Shown: one piece after another, positions 30,194 to 38,902 of the stretch | How positions within the stretch are numbered: the first letter of the stretch is position 1 | Layout of the letters: every line of letters starts with the position of its first letter | Assembly (NCBI GenBank): GCA_013166775.1 | Contig: JABLTJ010000007.1 | Span: 1-64,000, forward strand | From: Promethearchaeati archaeon | GTDB taxonomy: Archaea; Asgardarchaeota; Heimdallarchaeia; Heimdallarchaeales; Heimdallarchaeaceae | DNA: 64,000 bases | Direction: 5' to 3' | Translations under genes and position numbers: made by a program | Notes under the pieces: model-generated | What the model saw: the letters and a program-made list of their open reading frames with translations, nothing else | Database searches by the model: none | What the model was told of the DNA's origin: nothing

Positions 30194-30394
30194 CTATAGT
30201 TCAGGAATACCCGCAGATTCTTCTTTTTTATCAACTTCTATATCACACGAGGTAAGCTCGGAGAATAATTCTTCTAGCTGAAATGATAAGGGTTCTTCAA
30301 AATCAAGGAAAAAATTAAAATTCTGCTTAATTATATGATCAAAAAGCTGTAAAAGAAGTTTCTTTTCCTTTTCAGAGTGCATTACTATTCGCAT
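30194..30394 (-). CDS. Small hypothetical protein
   Basis: 66-aa ORF filling the gap upstream of the PALP-wHTH gene on the same strand. Confidence 0.45.
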   Translation of the reverse strand: MRIVMHSEKEKKLLLQLFDHIIKQNFNFFLDFEEPLSFQLEELFSELTSCDIEVDKKEESAGIPEL

Positions 30395-30547
30395 AGTACA
30401 AAAGAGACCCTCATAATTGAAAAATATTTCCTATCTCGATATTTCAATAGAAACAAGCCTTAAAAGTAGAATTTAAGAACTTGTTTCAAAAATAGATTTA
30501 TAAATAAGCTATATTGATGCAGTACTAATTTAAAGTTGTGATTATAT

Positions 30548-32251
30548 ATGCCGGAAAAGATTTGGTCTTATTGTGAGGGAATTCCTGATCCAGTTGAAAT
30601 TCCTGAAATAAGTGTTATTGATTTATTCAGACAAACAGCTGATAAATTCCCTGACCGTAATATGACAGAATTTAAGGGTAAGTACAAAAGTTATCCTGAA
30701 ATTGATGAAGAAATAAACAGATTTGCAGATTCCCTAAAAAAACTGGGAGTTGGAAAAGGAGATAGAGTAGCTTGTTTGATGCCAAACTGCCCTCAATATA
30801 TTATTTCCTTTTTTGCAACAAATTCTCTAGGAGCAATATTTACAGCAATTAGCTCTCTTTATACATCTAAAGAAATCAGATACCAACTTCAGGACAGTGA
30901 AGCAAAGGTAATAGTGACCATTGATATCTTCTTAGATAAAATAAGAGATGTAATAGATGACACAAAACTTGAACATGTTATTGTATCTTCTGTTGCAGAT
31001 GAGCTCCCTAAAATTACTGCATTTCTTTACAAAAACGTAATTGGAAGAAAAAATCCAAAAATTAAGGATGAACACAAATACAAAGATTTGATAAAGAAAG
31101 GGGAAAATAAGAGAATTGTCCCAAAAATAGACCCTAAAGAAGATGTAGCAGTATTCCAATATACTGGAGGAACTACAGGTGTAATGAAAGGTGCAATGCT
31201 AACAAACTATAATTTGTTAGCTCAAGCTTCGACATTACCCTACTGGGATATATGGTTACCCGAAAGACCAAAAGGTCAATATAAGATTTCAGGTTGCCTT
31301 CCAATGTCTCACATTTTTGGTTTCTCTACCTCATTCTTATGGACAGTAGCTACAGGTGGTTTATTGTATTTAATCCCTGATCCCAGACAGCTTGAAGAAG
31401 TCATGGCAAGTGTCTCAAAACATGGAATTCATTTCATGTTTGCTGTTCCTGTTTTATATCAGAAAATTTCTGAACATCCAAACATTGACAAATTTGACCT
31501 CTCATCACTTTATTTATGTATTTCAGGTGGTGAAGCACTACCGCTTACAACTGCTGATAATTTTGAAGCAGTATCGAAATGTATACTAGTTGAAGGGTAT
31601 GGATTATCAGAATCTTCCCCCGTAACTCACGTCAATCCAGCTACTTCTGAGTTAAAGAAAGTGGGCACTATTGGAATACCTATACCTAACACCCTAGCAA
31701 TGATAGTCGATATGGATACTCAAGAAGAAATCACTGAATATGGTAAAGAAGGTGAGCTCTGGATAAGAAGTCCTAGCGTTATGAAAGGATATTGGAATAA
31801 TAAAGAAGCAACAGATAATTCTTTAGTTAAAGGATGGTTAAGAACTGGAGATATAGCTACTATGGATGACAAAGGATATTTTTCAATTGTTGATCGAGCT
31901 AAAGATATGATAATTATCAGTGGTTTCAAAGTTTGGCCTAGTGAAGTTGAAGATGTTCTTTATGCCCATCCCGATATAAATGGTGCTGGTGTTATTCAGT
32001 TAAAAACAGAAACAGGTGAGCAAGTCAAAGCTGTTCTTGTAGCTGAACCAGGAAGCAAAGAACTTACACTTAAAGAAATCAGAGATTACTGTAAGAAAAG
32101 CATGGCACCTTATAAAGTTCCTTCATCAATTGAGTATAGAGATGAATTACCTAGATCTACTGTTGGTAAAGTTCTGCGAAAAGATCTCAGAGCTGAAGAT
32201 GTTATTACTCCTCCTCCTGAAGTAAAAGAGGAAGTAAAAGCTAAACAGTAA
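30548..32251 (+). CDS. Long-chain fatty acid-CoA ligase (FadD-like)
   Basis: YTGGTTGVMKG; EGYGLSE; GWLRTGD; DRAKDMII; GKVLRK. Confidence 0.92.
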   Translation: MPEKIWSYCEGIPDPVEIPEISVIDLFRQTADKFPDRNMTEFKGKYKSYPEIDEEINRFADSLKKLGVGKGDRVACLMPNCPQYIISFFATNSLGAIFTAISSLYTSKEIRYQLQDSEAKVIVTIDIFLDKIRDVIDDTKLEHVIVSSVADELPKITAFLYKNVIGRKNPKIKDEHKYKDLIKKGENKRIVPKIDPKEDVAVFQYTGGTTGVMKGAMLTNYNLLAQASTLPYWDIWLPERPKGQYKISGCLPMSHIFGFSTSFLWTVATGGLLYLIPDPRQLEEVMASVSKHGIHFMFAVPVLYQKISEHPNIDKFDLSSLYLCISGGEALPLTTADNFEAVSKCILVEGYGLSESSPVTHVNPATSELKKVGTIGIPIPNTLAMIVDMDTQEEITEYGKEGELWIRSPSVMKGYWNNKEATDNSLVKGWLRTGDIATMDDKGYFSIVDRAKDMIIISGFKVWPSEVEDVLYAHPDINGAGVIQLKTETGEQVKAVLVAEPGSKELTLKEIRDYCKKSMAPYKVPSSIEYRDELPRSTVGKVLRKDLRAEDVITPPPEVKEEVKAKQ

Positions 32252-32255
32252 ATTA

Positions 32256-32954
32256 CTAAAAATAGCTCTCTATTCTTTTTTTATCTTCTTTTTCTAACTG
32301 CTCTAAATTCTCTAATTGTTTTATTTCTAGTCTTGACCAGAAAATACATTTTTCATGGTGCCAACGATAATTTAAATATTGATCGAAATAATAAGGTTCA
32401 CCAATTCTTACTGTCCCCTTTTCAATCTTTAAACCACATGATTTACAAGTCGCTCTACTACTTTTTGCATATTCAATTTTCCATTTATCCTCACGGTCAT
32501 ACAGAGTTAATTTTTGAGTTTCATTCCCAATAATATCTTGTATTCTTTCGAAAGGATTCAAACCATCTAGCATTGTGGAGGAAATTTTTAGATGAAAAAT
32601 ATCATAATTTGATAACATAAAAGCTAATTGAGCAGGTTTATCTTCCTGTAATTCTTTTTCCACTTTCACTTTAGGTGGAAGAGTATCTCTTGCTAGAATG
32701 AATTTTGAACAAGCTTCTGACATTAGTTTACTGATTTCCTTTTTGTTCTTTGTAATGAATTTATTTTTATCAACAATTCCATAAGAGGTTTGAATAACTG
32801 TACGATCAATGTCTTCAATATATTCTTTTTCTTTTACAATCACTAGAGAACTGTCAGGGATATCATTATCTATAGTGAATATGTCAAATGTCTTAGGATC
32901 AACAAAAAATCCCCATTCATTCTCTGAATCCAAAATTAGTTTCATTTTGTTCAA
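32256..32954 (-). CDS. Protein with C-terminal PARP-type zinc finger
   Basis: WKIEYAKSSRATCKSCGLKIEKGTVRIG...RWHHEKC...LENLEQLEKEDKKRI. Confidence 0.85.
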   Translation of the reverse strand: MNKMKLILDSENEWGFFVDPKTFDIFTIDNDIPDSSLVIVKEKEYIEDIDRTVIQTSYGIVDKNKFITKNKKEISKLMSEACSKFILARDTLPPKVKVEKELQEDKPAQLAFMLSNYDIFHLKISSTMLDGLNPFERIQDIIGNETQKLTLYDREDKWKIEYAKSSRATCKSCGLKIEKGTVRIGEPYYFDQYLNYRWHHEKCIFWSRLEIKQLENLEQLEKEDKKRIESYF

Positions 32955-33029
32955 CTATAATTGTAAACTTTATACTATATAAAATTTACAAGAGACTATC
33001 TTTTCAAGAAATACAAGGCTTTAGAAAAT

Positions 33030-33506
33030 TTATCCTCCAGGTGTTCCTTTCGAAATCGAGTCACCCCAAATATATTCCCAGATATCTTCTTCAATTAAAG
33101 TTTCTTTTTCTACTATAGTTTTGTGAATCCATCTTAGAAGCTCATGATGCCTAATTTCATCTTCGTAGATTGTCTTAATGATTATTCTTTCTTTCTCATC
33201 TAGGGGTTTTTCAAGTAGTTCTTTGTATGTCTGAATTGCTTTAGCTTCTAATTCAAGATGTTTTTGCAGATTTTCTGCCAGTTCTTTTGTTATAGTTTCT
33301 TCAATTCCAGGAGTAGGACCTGTCAATCGAGCAATTAAAGCATTTAGCATATTTTCATGTTTTTCTGAATCATTGATAACAGCTAAAATCATTTCTCGTA
33401 CTAATACGTTCTTTATACCTTTTACTGAATTGTAAGCAGTTTCAACGATCTGTTTTTCAACAGCTATTTGTTCTTTAAAGAATTCCAATTTTTCTTCTTT
33501 ACTCAT
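33030..33506 (-). CDS. Ferritin-like (rubrerythrin-type) di-iron protein
   Basis: Paired E..DSEKH and E..DEIRHH motifs. Confidence 0.75.
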   Translation of the reverse strand: MSKEEKLEFFKEQIAVEKQIVETAYNSVKGIKNVLVREMILAVINDSEKHENMLNALIARLTGPTPGIEETITKELAENLQKHLELEAKAIQTYKELLEKPLDEKERIIIKTIYEDEIRHHELLRWIHKTIVEKETLIEEDIWEYIWGDSISKGTPGG

Positions 33507-33632
33507 TGAAGATGCACCTTTAGCGATATTTGCATAAAAATATCATATATAAAGATTTACAGCTTACTGAAAGAATGAAAGATTAAATGAAGCAAATGAA
33601 AATGTTACGAGGGAAAAATATAGAAAAATCTT

Positions 33633-33980
33633 TTGAATGGTTGTTATGGAGTTCTTACTGTAGTAGCTCTCATTATATCTACATTTACATTCAATCCTCT
33701 GGTAATTCTAATAGTTGCAATAGTAGTTATAGTAGGAGATATCTTGCTGTTATTCGCTATTGGATACAATTTATTAAAAAATTCATCGATAATCCAAGTA
33801 AGAATCAAGGAAATTCCAACTCCTTCCAAAGTATATACTCTTGATCAAATAAGAGCTCAAGTACAAGTATATGCAGCAGATGATAAGGTTCAAGAAGAAG
33901 GACAAAGATTCTGTTCGAACTGCGGAGCTTAAATTGAACTTATAGATAAAAAATGTGGAAATTGAGGAATAAGTTTTTAA
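33633..33980 (+). pseudogene. Remnant membrane protein with disrupted double zinc ribbon
   Basis: Two TM helices, then FCSNCGA*IELIDKKCGN*GISF* (TAA 33930-33932; TGA 33963-33965 at the fourth Cys position). Confidence 0.6.
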
Positions 33981-34054
33981 TTTTTTTGTGATTTTTTTTC
34001 TTTTTTACTATATATATGGAAAATGAAAAAATAAAAATACAAGTTTTATCCAAT

Positions 34055-34354
34055 TTAGTACTTTTTTCTACGTTCCTTAATCTTTCTGACAATAAAAGCA
34101 ATTAGAAAAATACCTACTACTGTTGCAACTACCGAACCAAGCGCACATAGAAGTCCAATGATTACTCCCCATCCTAGACCATAAATTGAATACTTATTTA
34201 TCCAGATGTATGTTCTTGAAATAATTATTAGCAAATACGAAACAAATAAAATTGAGCTAATTAAATAACCTGCTACTATTGAACTCCCTAGAAAGACTCC
34301 AACTGTATATCCCCAAGGACTTATTTTTTCAGTAGTCTCAGTTTCTTTTTCCAT
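34055..34354 (-). CDS. Small two-TM membrane protein
   Basis: Two hydrophobic helices and a basic tail. Confidence 0.65.
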   Translation of the reverse strand: MEKETETTEKISPWGYTVGVFLGSSIVAGYLISSILFVSYLLIIISRTYIWINKYSIYGLGWGVIIGLLCALGSVVATVVGIFLIAFIVRKIKERRKKY

Positions 34355-34446
34355 ATAGGGGAGTTTTCATATATTAATTTAAAAGTTTTGCATGAATTTC
34401 ATCATTAAGTTTATATTTTTCCTTGAGAATATTATGATGTATAAAC

Positions 34447-35187
34447 GTGATTGTAATGTCAAAAAGGAATGAGGATGCTTTTGGACATCTGATTCATGAT
34501 CATTATAATGGCATAGAGGTTCTAGAAATTATTGAAAGAGATGATGGTTACATTGATAGTTTTCCTGGTACTAAAGCTTATTTCTCTGAATTTGAAAAAT
34601 GGAAAGACAGTGAAAAAGAAGCTATGTATTATGTCCAAGGGAAGGTCCTAGATATAGGGTGTGGTGCAGGGAGACATAGCTTGTATTTACAAACCAGAGA
34701 TTTTGATGTTGTCGCAATAGATAGTTCACCTTTAGCTATAGAGGTCAGTAAATTACGAGGAGTCAAGAAAGCAGAAGTTAAATCTCTTCATGAAATTGAT
34801 TCTACCTTTGGAGTGTTTGATACTATATTAATGCTAGGAAACAATTTTGCACTAATGGGAAATCCAAAAAATGCAAGTAGACTTCTTAAAATATTTCACA
34901 AGATTACATCAGAAAATGGATTCATCATAGCAGAATGTGCTGATCCATATTCAACTGACAATAAAGATCATACTGATTACCATGAAAAAAATAGGAAAAG
35001 AGGAAGGTTGGGAGGACAATTATCTATAAGAGTAAGACATAGGAAATTTATTTCTAACTGGTTTGATTTTCTACTGCTCTCTAAAGAAGAGGTGCAAGAA
35101 ATAATGAAAGATACAGGATGGAAAATTGAACAATTTATTGAAGGAGATGGTTCGGGTAAATATATTGCGATAATGAAGAAAAAGTAG
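34447..35187 (+). CDS. Class I SAM-dependent methyltransferase
   Basis: VLDIGCGAGRHS; FDTILMLGNN. Confidence 0.9.
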   Translation: MIVMSKRNEDAFGHLIHDHYNGIEVLEIIERDDGYIDSFPGTKAYFSEFEKWKDSEKEAMYYVQGKVLDIGCGAGRHSLYLQTRDFDVVAIDSSPLAIEVSKLRGVKKAEVKSLHEIDSTFGVFDTILMLGNNFALMGNPKNASRLLKIFHKITSENGFIIAECADPYSTDNKDHTDYHEKNRKRGRLGGQLSIRVRHRKFISNWFDFLLLSKEEVQEIMKDTGWKIEQFIEGDGSGKYIAIMKKK

Positions 35188-35193
35188 ATAGAA

Positions 35194-38010
35194 CTAGTCT
35201 ATCTCGATGATTTTTATCTCAAATGGATCAAAATCCATTTCTACTGTGTTATTATTAACTGCACATTTCTTAACTTCTGTTCCGTCTATTTTTCTTTGAA
35301 TGCAATCGTTTATTTGCTTCTCTAATTTTGCGTTTAATTGCTGGTAATTCTCATCTAAATTAAACAGAGTTAACCAGATTTTATTCTCTTTAATTCTTAG
35401 AGAGGAAATCTTAATCCAAGGATTATCGATTTTTATTATTGATTTTATTATATCTGTTGTAACTTGGTTGTCATTGAAGACAATACTTCTTGATTCTAAA
35501 GAACAGATTTCTGCTTGATTAAAGCTATGATGATATGGAGTTGTTTTCTTGTGCACCATGATGCTATAATCAAAGGAATAGTCAGTGTTAATCTCTTGAG
35601 CACCTGGCGTTTCTAAGAATGGTCCTGCATGCATAGGACGTTCTGGAAAATCTGCTCTTGAAAGATAACCTACCGATCGGAGTAGAGTCAGTGCCAATCT
35701 GGAATTATTAACTAATTCTACTTCAGGTAAACCTTTATTCATTAAGGTGATAGCACCATCTCGAACTGGATCCTCTATTATAATGAAATTTTTCTGTGCT
35801 TGAATTCCAGAAGGAGTTTCTTCATAAGATTCATCACCAACAGGATCACTATTCCTTCTTGTAAAACCAAAATGTGTAGAAGTAATTGTTTCTTCAGATT
35901 TAAATGGTAAATCAAAACAAATGCGAAAACGATGATCTTTTGTCCTGTTTGTGAGTTTTGTCTTAATATCAATTCGCGGAACATCTCTATAAAATCTAAA
36001 AGTTGAAGTGATAGGAATAAACGTTTTGCCAATTCTTTTATCTCTCTTTTCGTTAATCTGCTCATATAACTGTAATTTCAGTGTCTGTTCGATTTCACAA
36101 AAAACAGGTCCTTGTATTGTTAGTCTTCTTTTAATTTGTGAAACTTTAACTGATTCAGGTCCCAATCTGCCAAATGTATATTCATCTCCTCTATCCCCCC
36201 AATCCTCAAATTTATGCATTTCTTTGAATTCTAAGACATTTTTCTTGTCTACTAAATCAAATGTCCCATCTTTATTAAAGGAAATCGTGTAAAAATCGTT
36301 TTCAACCATGTTCTTAGTGTATTCAAATAATTGAGATACCTCATCTAGGACTGTTTCCTCTTTTAGTTTAAATTCAGAAAACGCAAAAGAGTTTAGAGGA
36401 GCTAGAGCTGCATAATTCTGCATGTTTCCCTTTGTTGCTTTAACATGGTATTTTTTGTATTTTTTAAGGTCAAGAAGTTCTCTCCCTTGTTTCTTTAATT
36501 CATCTACACTAAAATCTCCTATAGGTTCAGAGCCACAGATAATCCTAATCTCACATACATCAGAGTTTGCACTCTCTGTTATGAAAACTTCGTTAATGAA
36601 ATTATCTCCTGGTATTTTTCTTCCTGGAAGAAGTTTAAATCCTGCTTTCAACATGATTGGATTGAAGGTTTCTTCGAAGATAATCTCTTCTGATGAACTT
36701 ATAGGTTGAATTTGGTACGATATCTTATTTTCAGCTTCAATTGAGTTAATCTTAGTTTGAATAGGAACAGAAAATTCAAAATATATTGGAATATCAGAGC
36801 AGTTAGTTGGATTGTAAACTAGTAAATGAGAATTATTGCTTTTTTCCTTCCTCTTATTATGTTCTGCTAAAGCGTTGTTTATTACTAATTCTGCAATACT
36901 CTCTGCCCAATAAAATCTGGTTTTCATCTCTTCATGAGTTTGATCAACAGAACAACCACAAATTGAATCATGGGGGTGATTTTTCAGCAACCATTTCCAC
37001 GCAATATTAATATAAGAATGAGGATATGAACTCCCAAAAGACAATTTTGAATAAACATTGAGAGGTTCAGCATAATAAACCAACATATCCTCGATTTTTT
37101 GGTTCCATTGTTTAATCCACATTCTTGCAGAATAAGTATCTTGTAACAAATGAGCTCTTGCTGAAGAGCGAAACTCTCCTGAATACTCAGGAGGAGTAAA
37201 ATTATTTTTCTTCATTTGAGTTCTAAGTTCACTCACAAAATCATCTAAAAGACACAAACTGATTTTAGTTTCTTCATCCTCTAATTCCTTAAGTAAATGA
37301 TAAAGCTTAGGAGTTGCAAATTGGTGATCAGTTCCGTTCATAAGTAGATAAATTGGAAATGGAGAATAAGACTCAAGATTAACAATACATTCTCTCACTT
37401 GCTCTTTGAGAGTATCAGAATCATCAATCAAATTTGAAGCATTTCCATAACCATAAGGCATGTATATTCCATTAATAAACTTCTTAGCTGATGAATGACT
37501 TTTCCATATAAACGGAACGGTAGAAATCTCATGACCCACTCCTCTCCAAATAACTGCTGTAGAGATATCAGTTAAATCTCCAAGTATCTGAGGTATTGCT
37601 CTTGAGTGACCAAATTGATCAGGGAGATAACCAATATTCATTAAAGGAATTTCAAACTCTTTAGCTAAATCAAGACTTATTTCAAGGTTCCTTACCAAAC
37701 TTTCTTGTCCAACTAACCATTCATCAGGAAGCAAATACCATGGACCAACTGCCAAGTTTCCTTTTTGGATAAGCTTTACTAAATCTTTTCTTCTTTCAGG
37801 TCGAATTTCAAGATAATCTTCCAAGATAATTGTTTGACCATCAAGCATGAAATAATATTCTTGCCTGGACAAAATATCTAAAAGATCATCAATTAACTCT
37901 ACAAGCTGGTAGCGAAAATACTGGAAAGGTAAATACCATTCCCGATCCCAGTGAGTGTGAGGAACTACAAAGATTTTTTTGATTTCTTCTTGAGATATTC
38001 TCTTAGTCAA
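35194..38010 (-). CDS. GH38 alpha-mannosidase (MngB-like)
   Basis: HTHWDREWY; LDGQT; GPWY; GYLPDQFGH; NGTDH; HPHDSICGCSVD; LTLLRSVG. Confidence 0.92.
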   Translation of the reverse strand: MTKRISQEEIKKIFVVPHTHWDREWYLPFQYFRYQLVELIDDLLDILSRQEYYFMLDGQTIILEDYLEIRPERRKDLVKLIQKGNLAVGPWYLLPDEWLVGQESLVRNLEISLDLAKEFEIPLMNIGYLPDQFGHSRAIPQILGDLTDISTAVIWRGVGHEISTVPFIWKSHSSAKKFINGIYMPYGYGNASNLIDDSDTLKEQVRECIVNLESYSPFPIYLLMNGTDHQFATPKLYHLLKELEDEETKISLCLLDDFVSELRTQMKKNNFTPPEYSGEFRSSARAHLLQDTYSARMWIKQWNQKIEDMLVYYAEPLNVYSKLSFGSSYPHSYINIAWKWLLKNHPHDSICGCSVDQTHEEMKTRFYWAESIAELVINNALAEHNKRKEKSNNSHLLVYNPTNCSDIPIYFEFSVPIQTKINSIEAENKISYQIQPISSSEEIIFEETFNPIMLKAGFKLLPGRKIPGDNFINEVFITESANSDVCEIRIICGSEPIGDFSVDELKKQGRELLDLKKYKKYHVKATKGNMQNYAALAPLNSFAFSEFKLKEETVLDEVSQLFEYTKNMVENDFYTISFNKDGTFDLVDKKNVLEFKEMHKFEDWGDRGDEYTFGRLGPESVKVSQIKRRLTIQGPVFCEIEQTLKLQLYEQINEKRDKRIGKTFIPITSTFRFYRDVPRIDIKTKLTNRTKDHRFRICFDLPFKSEETITSTHFGFTRRNSDPVGDESYEETPSGIQAQKNFIIIEDPVRDGAITLMNKGLPEVELVNNSRLALTLLRSVGYLSRADFPERPMHAGPFLETPGAQEINTDYSFDYSIMVHKKTTPYHHSFNQAEICSLESRSIVFNDNQVTTDIIKSIIKIDNPWIKISSLRIKENKIWLTLFNLDENYQQLNAKLEKQINDCIQRKIDGTEVKKCAVNNNTVEMDFDPFEIKIIEID

Positions 38011-38085
38011 TTAAAGACACCTACAAATAGCAAAAATCTTCTATTGATTAACTTTTTGTAATAAATTAAAACTAAAAGGAAAGTA

Positions 38086-38763
38086 CTATCCTTCGATCAA
38101 TTCCTTCGCAGCTGCGATTAGTTTCTTAGCAGAAGCTTCACCTATACCTTTTATCTTTGCTAGATCTTTTGGTTTTGCAAAAGCTAGTTCAGAAGCAGAT
38201 TTAAACCCAGCTTCTTTAAGTGATGAGGCTTTTTGACCTACTCCTTTGATTTTTTCTACTGGTATCGTGAGAATTTCTTTCTTCTGTTCTTCTTTTGAAG
38301 GTACTTTCTTGATTACTGAATGCTTTATGATTCCATTGAGTTTTGTAAGACTGTCTGTCCTAATTTCTCTCCCGTTTTTCGACAGTTTTTGAATTGTCTT
38401 AAGAATCTCTTCGCTTCTTTCTATCATTTGAGTAAAATCATTTAATTCCTTCTTAGAAGCATCAAAGAGAATTCCTAAACCACTAATTGATTCTAAAAAT
38501 GAAATAGTTGAATCTACTACAAGCAATGGATTTTCTAAATCCATGCTTTTCCTAAAAGCAAATTTCGAGAGCATTAAACTTTTATCAAAATTACCTGTTC
38601 GATTCATGATTTGACTAGTTATTAGCATACAAGCGAGTTTCTCTGTTTCATTTAATTCTACTCCTTTTTCAAGCAGATTTATCTCATGAAGAGCTTGCTC
38701 ATACTCACTCTTTTCCATTAAATCTTCTACTTGTCGTAAACCTTCTAGATATATTCCAAACAT
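38086..38763 (-). CDS. TPR-like N-terminal domain fused to tandem helix-hairpin-helix
   Basis: N-terminus resembles that of 1281..3224; IKGVG...LKEAGF...DLAKIKGIGEASAKKLI. Confidence 0.75.
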   Translation of the reverse strand: MFGIYLEGLRQVEDLMEKSEYEQALHEINLLEKGVELNETEKLACMLITSQIMNRTGNFDKSLMLSKFAFRKSMDLENPLLVVDSTISFLESISGLGILFDASKKELNDFTQMIERSEEILKTIQKLSKNGREIRTDSLTKLNGIIKHSVIKKVPSKEEQKKEILTIPVEKIKGVGQKASSLKEAGFKSASELAFAKPKDLAKIKGIGEASAKKLIAAAKELIEG

Positions 38764-38902
38764 TGGAAAACCTCACAATTATCCTCATATGAAGGATTTC
38801 AATGTCCTCTATCTTATTTGTAAATAATAAAGTTTGTTAAACTGTTAACTGATAAAGATGAATTCTGAATGATTTTTCTCATTTGTACCCATTTATGAAA
38901 AC

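Noticed and set aside
33030-33050. C-terminal GG of the ferritin-like protein as a ubiquitin/SAMP-like end
   Set aside because: The fold is a helical di-iron bundle, not beta-grasp; no E1 or JAB genes nearby
33587-33844. 85-aa ORF overlapping 33633..33932
   Set aside because: Ser/Tyr-rich off-frame reading; the other frame carries the TM helices and zinc ribbon
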